From assembly GCF_001194135.2 (NCBI RefSeq), contig NC_068985.1:43657196-43721195 (forward strand): a stretch of 64,000 nucleotides of DNA. Direction: 5' to 3'. How positions within the stretch are numbered: the stretch's first letter is position 1; every line of letters begins with the position of its first letter. This document shows, piece after piece, positions 27,099-40,999 of the stretch. Source of the stretch: Octopus bimaculoides (taxonomy: Eukaryota). Under the pieces are notes generated by a model, which saw only the letters and a list, made by a program, of their open reading frames with translations, searched no databases and had not been told where the DNA came from. The position numbers and the translations under genes were made by a program.

Positions 27099-28385
27099 TC
27101 TGAAGTATGATACAGGAACAGGCATAGGCGTCTTGCTGTAGAGGAGATACATAGCCAGCCAGCATTATATAAGGGTGCATGGGAGTAGCTGCAAGGAAAA
27201 CAAAGATGGTGGTGATGAGGTGTCAGAGTGCATTTTCAAGATACAAAAAGGTAAGAGAATACAGACTACAAAAATGAAAGAAACTTGTTCCTTATCCAAA
27301 CCAGTTTAGACCCTAGTGGTTATATTTCAGAGATCAAGTCACATTATCTATATTCTATTTAGTTTCTAATATTAGCTATCCCTCACTAATTTCTATTGAA
27401 TTTTAGATATGTACATATGTGTGTGTGAGTGTATGTATGCAATTATCATACAATTCTTTGTAGGGTTAAATAATAACTTCATGGCTTTATAAATACTTCC
27501 TATATTTAGAAATATGAATAAACAAACAATACACATTATCATTTAGTTCATTCATTAAAACTTTATTTCATTTTATATGTTTCAAAATTTAATGCTGCAC
27601 ATTTATCTAATATTGTGTAGAATTAATACTGTTTGGTTTCAAGTCATTGTTGACTGAGGCTGTGTTCAAAGGTGCCTATGATCATTCTGTCTTATTTTCA
27701 GGTATAGAGTATACTCAGGTATAGGACTATATTATTAAATGTGTCCTTACTTTATTTTAGATGGTAGAGTATGATTTGCAGGAGATTTGGCTGCTTTTTC
27801 CAGCAGGTCAAGCAGCCACATAAAGTTTCATTGTTGACCTTTTTGAAGAAGTAAAATAGTGAAATGGATAAGGATTTGATCTCATTATTTATTATTTTCC
27901 TTTCCAGTTTATCTAGTAGGTTAACTGGTATCAGATTGTCCAGGAATATTATCTGTGATAAACAAGTGATCTAAGCAAGAGTATATTTATCTCCCATCTA
28001 TTATATAAATACTAGAGACCCAAAATTTTGAACATACAGCAGTCAGCTATCAGAATATCTCTGGTTTTACCCCATGTTTAAAAAGAAAATCATCTTAATG
28101 AACTCTTAGCATTATTTTCTAAACCTAAAATAATTTGTTCTTTTTATCTTGTGTAACTGTACATTAGTGTGATAAATACTATTAGATTGGTACATAAAAT
28201 AGTAGCTGTACAATATAAATGTAACTTCATCAGTTGTCTTGTTATCTCAAATAACTGGTTACATATATGGTACAATCAAAATTTAAAATTGAGGAGCATT
28301 TACATATTTATTGTGAACAGTAGGCAGGATATCTAATTGATGTCCAAGGACTTCAGTTCAACAATTTGTCATCAAAGTTGTTACT

Positions 28386-28386
<1 letters not shown>

Positions 28387-28426
<40 letters not shown>
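28387..28426. repeat. (TAG)n microsatellite
   Basis: Read directly. Confidence 0.95.
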
Positions 28427-28427
<1 letters not shown>

Positions 28428-30177
28428 AAACCAGTAACCATAAAACCTAGTAGTTATAGAATGCAATGGTCATCAGAGGTTGTGAGAAGTCCTGCTGATA
28501 TTGACAACTAAACTATAATAACATATAGCAGGAATAAGTGATGATTGAAATAATATTTCAACAATTGAAGATACATTTGGAATAGACAGAATATTTTGAT
28601 AAGCTTATTTCAACAACTGTTCACATATTTAATACATATATAATTTAACAGAGGTAGTAGTAAACCTAATCAATTCAACAGCCTCTTTTTCAGCTTAAAT
28701 TTGGAATTTCTCATTTTATTTGATATTAACCAGAAATACAAGTTTCCACTTTAACAGATCTAATAATGAAACTATAATTTGATATCAATAAATTTTCTCT
28801 TTTTCCAATATGTAGCTATTCTAAGTGTTATTGTGGGAACACATTTGGTAAGAACCAAATGCTTGAATATCTGACCGATATTTTCATGTAAATCAAAAAC
28901 TCCCATTTTAAGTATTTGAAGTAATTTAAAATATTTGTTAAGATAAATTGGCATGATTTTTTGTTAGAAATAGCAGCCAAATCTCTTTAAAATTACACTC
29001 TACTCTCTTTTAAAAAAACAGGGATATATTGAATAATGAAGACGGGTACGCTACAAACTAAAATTTAGAATTGGATAAAGTAAAGAGAAAGTAACAAGGT
29101 TTCCATAGTCTACTTAAAATTATATTGACTGTTTCATCCACAATACTTTTTGGTAAATTAGATTACAACAAAACAAATGAAACAATAGCACCCTGCTCAT
29201 ACAGGTTTTTTAAAACTGTACAAAAAATATTTTATGAAAGATAATAGTTAATATCAATAAAACATGAGAACTTAACTCTTAAAACAAGCAAGGAAGCCAT
29301 AATATATTACTGTCTATTATAATTCACTGTAATTTACTATTTCCATTATGTGAACAATATGTGTTCTTTCTCATTAATGACATGTCAAAGTTCTAACACA
29401 TTTTAAATAGGTTGTAGAGTAACTAGATTAATGTAGTTTTAAAGAATAAATTTACATTCTTATATTTTTGAGAGGAACTGAATATCTGACTAGTTTAAAC
29501 ATGAGAATAAATCCAATTATTAGTAACCTTCAACATCTAATAACTTTGATCACTTGATATTTCCTCTATTTTAAAACCCTGAGTAATTCCATTTGAATAT
29601 TTTGTGTTGAAATCTACACACTCAACACAGATGTACATCTTTGCTCATCGTTTTACATATTTAACACTAAAAATTATTCTAGTAACATTAGAAGGGTAAA
29701 ATTTCTGAAATTCATTTTTCACATTAATTTGGGTGTGTGTCTAAATGCTTGTATGTGTGCTTGTGTATTCTATTTTATATTCATTTTTCTCTTTGTTATA
29801 GGTTAGATGCTTTTGCAAATGTCTGAATTTGCATAAATTTGTTCCTTAGGTATTTATGTCTAAATGCCTTTTCTAATGCCAAATACTCTCAATACTTTTG
29901 TAAAATGAATCCTTATTTTTTATCAATATGTGCTGTAGTCTACTGAAAGTTTCTTTATCTATATTTCTATCTTTGTATGGTTTTTAACTTTAATTATGCA
30001 CTGACAAAAAGGAAAAAAAATCTACATTCTATACGACTGATAATTAATATTTAAGGCAGAAATTAAATTTTTGTAACATAAGGATTATAGTTTATTGAAT
30101 CAATATCAGAAAATTAATAGTACTTATTTAAATCCTTCAGAAAAATTTGTACTCAGATTTTAACATTAACTAGGTAC

Positions 30178-30548
30178 AACCATGTATAATAAGGTATTTA
30201 GTCTAGTGCCCTACTATTTAAATATAAATAGTTAGACATAACCAAATATTGTAAAGTATTTAATTTAGTGTCCTATGTTCTCAAAGTAGGAAACAATCAA
30301 ATATTGTAAGGCAAGTCTAGTACCCTACTATTTTAACATAACTAAATGTAACCACATACTGTATGGCATTTAGTTCAGTGCATTATCATTTTAACATAGT
30401 TAGACACAATCATATACTGTAAGACATTTAGTCTTACTACTTGACTATGTTTACATAGACACAAACAAATATTGTAAGGCATTTAGTCTAGTGCCCTCCT
30501 ATTTTAATGTATTTAAACATTTAGTCAGGTGCTACATTATTTGCACTA
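30178..30548. repeat. Degenerate ~55-62 bp minisatellite, about 6.5 copies
   Basis: Recurring aaccaaatattgtaaggcatttagtctagtgccctactattttaacatagttagacac-like units. Confidence 0.8.
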
Positions 30549-30599
30549 ACTTGATTCCTTTAATGAATAATATTAATAGCATTTTTTTTTTAACTAAGT

Positions 30600-30752
30600 A
30601 GAGGCATGGTTGTGTGGTTAAGAAGTTTCCTTAGCAGCTATATGTTTGAGTTCAATACAATAGTATGACACCTTAAGCAAGCGTCTTCTACTATAGACTC
30701 AGGTTGGTCAAAGCATTGCAAATAAAATTTGGTAGACAGAAACTGTTTGGAA
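30600..30752 (+). mobile_element. SINE family A head/core fragment
   Basis: ggcatggttgtgtggttaagaag head and gtcttctactatag core. Confidence 0.7.
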
Positions 30753-30920
30753 ACTAGCTGGGACTTATGTTTCTGGATGATAGTCTTAATAATTTGTTGC
30801 TTAGGATACCTTTAAAGGAATTAACTCTGTTGGGCCAAGTCTCAAGTATGAGGACAACTTGTTCCCTTCTTACTAATCTTGGAAGCTCTGAAATAAAGAT
30901 CACGGGCATAGCTCCATCCT

Positions 30921-30923
<3 letters not shown>

Positions 30924-30967
<44 letters not shown>
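30924..30967. repeat. (TA)n microsatellite
   Basis: Read directly. Confidence 0.95.
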
Positions 30968-30972
<5 letters not shown>

Positions 30973-31100
30973 CAAAGAATATATATGCATGTATACACAC
31001 ATATATGTACATACTTACATCTACATGTGTATATAAATGCATATCAGGGTACAGGACGTTAGAACAGTGAACTACAGACAACGGAATGAACACACAGGAA

Positions 31101-31135
<35 letters not shown>

Positions 31136-34100
31136 AACCTAGAACTTTGATCTAGAAGTATGCTGAAATACTTATAGCTGTCTTTTGATGAAGTCATGTT
31201 TGTCTCTTTGTCAATTCAAGGAGCATATTCACAACTAGTTAGGTACACATTTTTTGGGAAGTCATTTACTGCCCTCATCACAGTCTCTTGTCACATTGTC
31301 TTATGTTCACTGATCTTTACCAAGTCACTCTCTGTTACATATTCACCAATCTCTATCTAGTCACTCTCTATCTCATGTTCACTTTCTGTTACATGTTCAG
31401 TGATCTCTATGATATCTTTACAAAAGGAGAGACAATGAATTAATGAAGAAAATAGACAAAATTTAAATAAAACTGTGGAAACACTAAAAAGAATACACAC
31501 ACCCACATATGCATACACAGACATACACTCATGTGCGACACAAGGATTTATAGAGCTTGTAGTATTAAATAGAAAGAGGTTTTTGAACATGAATAACAGA
31601 CAAGTGCAAGTAGCTTTCCTAAAGATTAGATACTTATACCAAGTTGAACAAATCTATTATATATAAAATTAAGCATCTTACCAAGCGATAAAACAAAATA
31701 TCTGCAGTGAATATATCTCAGTTATGTTTTGAGTATAAAACTATGAATGAACTTTCAAAACATCTCAGACTAAAAGGTCACACTATAGGCTAGGTATAGG
31801 CAACCTATTTATTGCTGTGTGCCTTAAATCAAGTCCATCACAAAAGTAATAATTCAACAAACATTATATGTAATACTGAAAGCACTAACATGTAATGTCA
31901 AGAAGTTCATAAAAATTTAATCAAGACAATGTGAAGTGAATGAGAGAGAAAGAAATGCTATTGCTTATGCAGAGCTGAAGTTAAAGATTGCTAAAAAAAT
32001 TTTAGTAAAAAGCTGTGTTTATATAATAATGATTTTACACATGCCATACAAATAGTCACAATATTGGGCTACAAGTAATCCAAATACCACACACCACCCA
32101 CGCCTGCTTATAGATAATGTGATCTATGCAGAATGATCAACATCTATACAGACATTGATTTTGAAATTAGAGAAATAATTACAAATATGTTTTCCCCAGA
32201 ACTGGAATGAAATACATTAATGTAACATACAAAAAAAAGTATTAATAATATTCTACAATTCTGCAATTGTTAATAATCTAACAGGCACAGAAAGGTATTA
32301 AGCCTGATTATTCATTTGAAAAACAACTTTTATATTATTGATAAAGCTTACCTTGTACATATAATTAGAATGCAGTTTTGAAAATGGGTTCCCCCAAAAA
32401 TTATATAATTTAGACATTTTTGTGTAAATACTCACACACACACATCAATAGTGCAAATTAAAATAAAATAATGAGGTTGAGAAATATTTAAAAAATAACT
32501 TAGATGTGTAAACAAACAAAAAAAAAAAAAAATTTGAATGCTCTGCTTTTGTACTCTTTGTTGAAGAGTGTGTGATGAGCTGTACATTGCCGCCAATTTG
32601 TTGTTGTGGATGTTGAATCATGCATGACCTACACTATTTTGAATGTAGTCAATTTATGAATGAAAGTGCCCTACTATTAACACTGCGATGACTGTTCCTG
32701 TTGACAAACTACTACAATTTCGAGTGCTTTTTGAATCACAGTCACACTTCTCAGTTCAACTTTCTCACTATCTTAAGATTTTATTTCAGCCCTCCCCCTG
32801 TATTTTTTATTTTAACAAGCCACATGCTGAGATGATGCTACAAGTCATCCCGAATTACAAACTGAGACAGCATGTATTATTTTACCAATACAGTAATCAT
32901 CAACATAACAATATGTCAACAAGCTTTCAGTAAATAGATTAGTTACAGAGCCAATATCTTTATGCACAACTAGCAGATTCATTCAAAATCATTTTATTTA
33001 TTTAATTGCTTTAACACAAATTTAATTTATTTTTCTCTTGAAACCAGTTGATGGCTGATATTTTTGAAATATTTGCATCACAACAGCATTTGAATATATC
33101 AGTATCACTTTTGTTCTTCAGTTTTACAACTATCTTTGAAAGCTATCATGAGGTGGAATGGGTATGTAAATTTTATATTTGTACATGAATTGCATTTTAT
33201 ATTTTTCTCTGCATCACAATAATCTTCCTGATATTTGTGAGAAATGTTTTATTTTTAACTTGCTGACTTTGGGAATAGACATTTCCAACCCATCTATATG
33301 GAAATCAGACCATAACTTTGTCCAACCCATGCCAACATGAGCAATGGACATTAAATTAGGACAAAAGTTTAAAAGCTTGTTTCTGTGTTGTATGCAATAT
33401 TAGACTAGTTACATCACAACTTATTGTTAAAAACCATCATGTCACCGGTCCTGAAGATACATTTTCCAACTATTATGCAAACACACACCAACCACAAATC
33501 ACAGCCAAATTTCCTCAAATCACACCAAAAAAGGAAGGATGCATTAGACAATATAGCCCTAGACATATAAAAAAAGTGAGGTCACTGTTAGAATGTACTT
33601 GATCATAGGCATGCTCAATTAGGGCTAACCCAAGGTTAAACAACAACAACATTACTCAAGAGAATATGTAATAGAGCTTCATCTTCAAGTAGCTATGAAG
33701 ATTCTGTTGAATTTTAGTTCTCCCAAGATGAACAGATTAAAATATAATTTTTTAGTAAGTTAAAGCAATATATATATATATCTCACAAAAAATAGCTTAC
33801 TGGATAGAATGATGGAATTCCAAATCGAAATCTAGTAGAATTCTAATGTATTCAAAATACAGAAATAAAGCTACATAAAACTTATATGCTCTAGACTAAT
33901 GGGATTATAAACATTTCTGTATCTAAAAGAAATTGTATTGTTTGCGAGAAATTGTTATAATCATTATTCATTCATTTTTTACCTCCGTTTTTTTTCCATA
34001 CTAGCATGAGTTAGGTGAATGATTTATTGAGGCATTATTTTACAGCTGGAAGCCCTTCCCATTTATACAATTCTTATCTGTATTTCAAGAAAGTGGGTGA

Positions 34101-34379
34101 GCAATTTAATAATGAAGTGACAAGAATGGCACCACTCACAGTCAGTGGCTTTCATAGATTCCATATATAAATAAACACACACACACACACACATAAAACA
34201 AGTTTCCTTCAGTTTCCATCTATCAAATCTATTTACAAAGCTTTGATTGACCTAGGACTATGCTGAGACTAAACCCAAAAACCATGTGAGTGGAAAGTGA
34301 ACTTCTCTACCACATAACCATTAGGAATTATAATTTAAATATTATTATTTTCAACAAATATCATTATTTTCAACAAAGT

Positions 34380-34590
34380 AAGCTTGTAGTATTGTTAGCA
34401 TGCCAAGGATAATACTTTGTGACATTTTGTCTGTCTTTACATTCTGAGTTCAAATTCTGCTGAAGTCAACTTTGCCTCTCATCCTTTTGGGATCAATAAA
34501 ATAAGTACCAGTTGAGTACCAGAGTTCATTTAATTGACTTAGCCCCTCCTCCAAACCTGCTGGCCTTGTGCCAAAATTTGAAACCCATAT
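34380..34590 (+). mobile_element. SINE family B
   Basis: ttctgagttcaaattctgctgaagtcaactttgcct core and ggccttgtgccaaaatttgaa tail. Confidence 0.8.
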
Positions 34591-35991
34591 CTTCGGCAAA
34601 TAAATTTTGATTATTATTTCATTTTAGTGACAATAAAACTGAGATTTAATAAAATAAATAGAGTCCCAGTTTAATTTATAACACTTTCCAACTGAGCATT
34701 AAACATAGTTTTATTTGATGCTAAGAACAGAATTTTTCTATAGAAATAAAATAAACATGAATTTGAATATGATAAATTTATGTTAATTTTATTTGAATAG
34801 TGAAACATACTTAAAATCTTGAATTATGTATAAAATCTTGTTATACATAATTGAAAACAATGAACTGTAATCGTAAAATATTGAAACCACAGGTAAGAAT
34901 TTACACTGCTTTTGCATACACACACACACACACATACATATATACACACACACACACATATATACGTACATACACACACACATTCATATAGATTTGTTCA
35001 TCCTCTTCTCTATATGGCTATCATGGAGGTGTTTGAGGCATTGTTTTACAACTGGATGCTCATCCTGCCACTAATTATTACCTGTTTTACAAGAAAGGGA
35101 TATCTTATTTCACACTCCTCCAAAGGTGCAAAGTGAGTGACTTCCAGAGTGCAAATGTACACTCACACATAGATGCACAAGTGTACACACACATTCACAC
35201 CCACACCACACACTCAGTATCCCCCACTCCATAGGTTTCTTTCAGTTTCTGTCAATGAAATTCATTTACAAGGCTTTGGTAGATGCTTACCTAGTGTATT
35301 GTACAGTGGGACTGAACCTGAAACCATGTGGTCAGGAAACAAACAGTTTGACTATATACCTATATCTATCCATCTATCATGTGTCTATCTATTTCAAAGA
35401 AAGAGAAAAAAAAAGAGAGAAAAAGAAAGAGAAAGAGAGAAAAACAAAGAGAAAGAGAGAATAGAAACTGAAAATTCATCTAAATGTTGTTCTATATTGT
35501 TTCACAGAAGTTGGGGAGGATAATCAACATAAACATACAAAGTTGCTATAGAACATTGTTCTTGGAGTACGCACACACACACACACACACACACAAGCAT
35601 CTAAGACTGTATGTTTATATACATACATATACATATAAGTATGTATTATTTGTATTTGTAAATATGTATGTATGAAGTGTACATGTATACACAAGTACAC
35701 TTGAAAGATTAGTGACATTAATTCATTGAGAAATAAGTGAAAAAATGATGTCAGTTCACTTGTGCATATATACTGTAAAACTAGAGGGAAGTCAAGGCAT
35801 AGACCAAATAATTTCAATACACACACATACACACATGGTCATATGTGTATGTGTGTACAAGAGAGAAAGAGTGAGAAAGAGTACATAGATGAGAAAGCAG
35901 TACTCAATACATATACAAAAGCGGTGAGCTTGTAGAAACGTTAGTGCGCCTGGTGAAATGCTTAGTGGTATTTCGCCTGTGTTTATATTCC

Positions 35992-36373
35992 AGGTGCAGG
36001 AGTGGCTGTGTGGTAAGTAGCTTGTTTACCAACCACATGGTTCCGGTTCAGTCCCACTGCGTGGCACCTTGGGCAAGTGTCTTCTACTATAGCCTCGGGT
36101 CGACCAAAGCCTTGTGAGTGGATTTGGTAGACGGAAACTGAAAGAAGCTTGTCGTATATATGTTTGTATGTATGTGTGTCTGTGTTTGTCCCCCCAACAT
36201 CACTTAACAACCGTTGTGGGTGTATTTATGTCCCCGTAACTTAGCGGTTTGGCAAAAGAGACCGATAGAATAAGTACTAGGCTTACAAAGAATAAGTCCT
36301 GGGGTTGATTTGCTTGACTAAAGGCGATGCTCCAGCATGGCCACAGTCAAATGACTGAAACAAGTAAAAGAGA
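35992..36373 (+). mobile_element. SINE family A full-length copy, directly after a family B head (35918-35990)
   Basis: Matches 17086-17555 along its length. Confidence 0.9.
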
Positions 36374-38380
36374 TACCATATTCTGTTCACAGCTGAATCT
36401 TTACTCCACACTATTCAGTACTTCCAGCACAATATTATCGAATTAGTATTTCATTTACTGGTCCCAGAAAAAATAAAAGCTTTCAAACTTTAAAACTCTT
36501 GTACTTAATATATCAAGCAGCACTACAATCTATCAGAGAAGATAGCTCAAATATAAGTTCATTTATTTATGAATACAGTGTTTATTATTAGATAGAACAG
36601 TAGTATCAAGCATACATATATTAGTTATCATATTAGTTTCCTCTCAATCTTTAGCAAATCAAATAATTAAGATCAAGATACTCTCAATATTAGTGATTAT
36701 AAATATATATTTGTTATAGAATTTAACTTACCATTCATCAACTGATGGATGATGGTAACATTACACAAAAATATTAAAGCTAAACTCAATGCTCTAACAG
36801 AATAATTTCAATTAGCTTTGGCTTTCTGATCAATAATCATAATTTTCCTTATTAATTTATTACAATACTAAACTTAAAAATCTTAGAAACATTTTAATAA
36901 TCAAACAGTGTTTTGTTCAATTATAGCTTTGAAACATTTCAGTCATGCTTTTTACAACTGTAGATTTAAGTAGCTAAGAGTGAGTTTAGATCTCCATAGA
37001 ATTCTTAAGTTCTGAAGTGAATAATGCTGAGTTCTGTTTTGTATTGTAACAAGCCAACCGAAATCTTTGGAAAAGTAATTCATTATTATCTGTCTAATCT
37101 AGATGGAGTTGTTAATTTGAAATGTTTGTCTGTCAGTGCTTATTCAACACTTACATAATGACTCAATATATCAGACTAAACATCGAGAATTGAAACTTTA
37201 ACCTTAACACCAAGGAAATGAGGACAAGATATATTTTATTTGAGTTTGTGAATAGATTTTTAAAAACGTTCTAAAATGTATATATTTATGGAAAATTGGT
37301 TAACTATTCAATAAACACTTTAAAAATATGTTTTAAGTAAATAGCTAACTGCTTTGAGTTTCTGAAATTGTATTTGTACCGGAAAGGAAGTAAAAGATTA
37401 ATACTTATAGACAAAGAATGGTTAAAGATTGGTTACTGTCTTCAACTCATGATTTACTGTTAAAATTCAGAATTCAAAGAAAAAGTAATGGTTTTTGAGC
37501 CTCAACTGAAATTTAAACTAGAGGAGTCCAATTCTACAAGCAATTAAATGGTTGCTAACCCATATAAATTCTAATTTGAAAAAAAAACTGCTCTCCAAAT
37601 GCAAGCATTAAAAAAACATTACCCCATCATAAAAAAAGCAACAAAAACAAAATTTAAAAACAACAGAAGTTTTTAAATATTTAACACTCAAAATGGCAAT
37701 GAAGAAAGTGTTCTTGTTGAGTAACAAAGGAATTTATTATATTAAATTGTCTATTTTTTCCTGTTCAACACATTAAACAAGACTTACACTGATTATGTTA
37801 AATTTCCTTTTCTTCTGCTAGTGACTATCAACCAGATCTACCATTTTATAAGAAAACTTTAACCTTTCATACCATTTTTTAAATCTTCACATGAAGTGCT
37901 ATTTATTTGAAAGCGCATCCTTGATTTACTTTTCCTGATAACGACCATGTTACTTTACTCATCAATGGATTTCTAAGAACAATTCTTTTTAGTAAGACTA
38001 CACAACTCTGTAAGAACCCAGCTTTTACTGGGAATCTGTCAAACTCAATCTCTTATTTAACTATAGCACTATTTATCTATTCACTTTACAATCATAGCAC
38101 TTTTCTGAAATTATAGAATTTATCTAGATTATCCATAGAGGTAAACAATATCATTTAAATCTTGAGGAGTTTCATGAAAACACAGTTATGTCTCATCATT
38201 CAATAATGCTTCAAACAATTGAATGATGTATTCTGAAAAAGGCCAACTACCAACAAATATAGCAGCCAGTTACTCCTCAAATTACACCTTTCCATTGTAA
38301 AATACAAAGAGCACATTAGATCATGTAGTCTTAGTAATTTCTAAAAATATAGATGGTCATAACTGGAACACATTTAATTA

Positions 38381-38939
38381 CAGGTCACCAGATATATTTT
38401 GACAATGAAGTAGAATTTTGCTTCTTCCTGCATCTGAACAAATACATGTGCCATCTAAATGAATTCTCTGTAAGTCAATATAAATTCTTTTCATGCTTTT
38501 TGCAACTGGAACATCTTCTCTGTACACTGGCTCCCTTTTGTGGCACTTAGTGTTGAGGTGACAATTGACTTTATTCCTAAAAATGCATTCCTGTTGGTAT
38601 ATCATCATGTTGTTTATGGCCATTTTATTGTGATTAAATATCTGGGACCCTATGCTACTTAGACAGCTATAATTTACTTCCACAGAATTATTATTGAGCA
38701 TTTTGTGATATCCATGGCTTGTAATGAAGTAGGTATTAAAGTTTGTGTGTGTGTGTGTATATATATATAATCTTTGGTTAGAGATTGATTTCATCAGCTA
38801 TGTACACTCTCTTTGCAAGAAGAAAAATGAGAGTGTCTGTTGTTGTTTAGTCCCAGATCTACTCTGATTAAGCATTTATTTGTTCAGATATAAGAAGAAG
38901 CAAAATTCTACCTAATTTTCAAAATATGTCTGGCAACTG
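38381..38939. mobile_element. Probable non-autonomous DNA transposon with ~65-bp imperfect terminal inverted repeats
   Basis: 38381-38447 is the reverse complement of 38873-38939 with scattered mismatches. The ends (caggtcaccaga / cagttgccaga) resemble hAT-type termini. No clear TSD. Confidence 0.5.
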
Positions 38940-40999
38940 AAAAATCAAGGAATTGAAGATACTCCAGTCTAGTGAAGTACAGCTGCAAATACAATGGATA
39001 TAGCAGTAATGGGTATAGCAAATACAGTGGGTATAGCAGTAAAGTTACTGTAAAGTTAAAGATGTTGATTCAACCCACTAATATTTGAAATAGGAAGAAA
39101 CCTTCTTTTCTTGTTTGCACACTAGGAAATTTAAGCTGAAAACTTTTAAGCATTTTCCTGTCCTACATGCATTTCAAAATAAAATTGGTTAAACACCTAA
39201 GCCCCTCCAGAATAGGATCCAGTAATCTTAACATCTATGTTCAAGCATATCTTCTCTTCCCTCCATACATGCCTATGTTTCTTTACACCTTGCTTCAATC
39301 CAAACTCTTTGTTCCACAATCTCTTTTTTTCCTCTCACTTCTCCTTCTGCAATCCTCAAATTTTCTTTCCTCACTCCTATAAAGTCTGTCCAGACTTTAT
39401 AGGAGTGGTTCTACAAAGTGCAATTATATCTGCTATCACAAGGTGTTTTTACAAACTGGTACATGTGCATTCAAAGTCTGACATGAACACTATTAGTTAT
39501 AATTTGTTGAATAGATCAAGAGAATAGGAGCTTAGTACCTGACATCACTGGAATTTTAATTGGACTCTATATTACAATTGGGTGGGGGAAAAATTATATA
39601 CATTTCTTTTAACTAACAAACAGAACCCTTATTGCATTACCTTGCTTGGTTTCAGAATCATCAAGTTATCTATATTCTTGAGTTTAACAAGAGGGATTCT
39701 ATCTGTTGTAGAATACTGCATTTATATTCAGCCTTTTTGCAATGATTATAACGAACCCATTCATTACATGTATATTTACCTTTGAAAATGTTAGGTCCAG
39801 TCTGCTAAACAAACTCATGCTACTGCATACATCGATTAAAGATGAGCTAGAAAAGCATACATTCTATGGATTTCTTTTTTGGTCTTACTTTGTGGTCTGT
39901 ACTTCTATATAACAAGATGATGAAAGTCACAGGCTATACTGTGAACAATCTACAGAGATAGGTGAAAGCTTGGGGAAGATTAGCATTTCAAATGATTCTA
40001 GTTTGGTAACATATTATCTTGAAACTTCTTTGTATCGGTCCTAAATTTACTACCAGCAAAAAAAATTTATATACTCTGAATTCAGAAGAACCAGCAGCAA
40101 CACTAATATGAGAACCATTTCTCTCTCAATGTCTTTTCCTGATGGACTCAGTAATCTTTTTTCTTGTGCCAAATTTTTGTATTTTTATACCAATCTTTTT
40201 GTATTTTTGTACCAATCTTTTTTCTTGTGCCAAATTTTTGTATTTTTATATTCTTTTATTTAAGGAGGCTGGTAAGCTCCCTTGCAAACTTGAACACTCA
40301 GGAGTTATTTCTTTTGTCTTAAATATAGAAAACTCTTGTTTTAATACCTGTGGTAATGCATGATCGAAACAAAAAACAAGACTTGTGCTGCTATATGCTA
40401 ATTTAACATTGTTTTGATGTTTATTTCACTAAGGCAACCCAATGAACTGTGTAGTTCCAATGTAACAAAAGTATTATTTGTTAACAGTACTGGTTTCAGC
40501 AAATCCAAATACACACACATAAGTGTTTTTTCCTATCAGATAAAAAGAAGCTTCCAAATGGTGAACTTTTCATCTTCCTATGACGTAAAAACTTATCCAA
40601 AGATGTGAACTTCACTGTATAATTTTTGCTAATACAGACTACATCAGTTTCCATGGATTCTATTTTTATTAAATATATTTACACACAGACAAGTCTACTG
40701 TATCATTATTGTTATTACTATTTTACTGATCTTTACTCCTTCCCACTTTTCAGTCTCTCATGTCTTCTTGCAACTAATATCCAGCCGCATTTCCAGCTCT
40801 CCTGTTCCCACACACTTCTACTTGTCTCCTATCTTGAGGGTCCACCTTAACACTTATCACCACTATTTTTATTTCTTCCCAGCTCATTCAGGCTACTTTC
40901 ACTTTCTCTGCTATGAGTAGCGATGAAACAACTCTATACTTTAACCCCTCATCCATAACATAAAGCTGCCTCCCCCATTACTGTAGTCCCATTCAACTG

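Noticed and set aside
28816-28847. YSKCYCGNTF read as a WSC-domain motif
   Set aside because: Only 10 residues, with no flanking WSC exons found and an equally open alternative frame.
30178-30548. CRISPR-like array (also 22889-23265)
   Set aside because: Contiguous diverged tandem units with no unique spacers, no cas genes, and a eukaryotic context.
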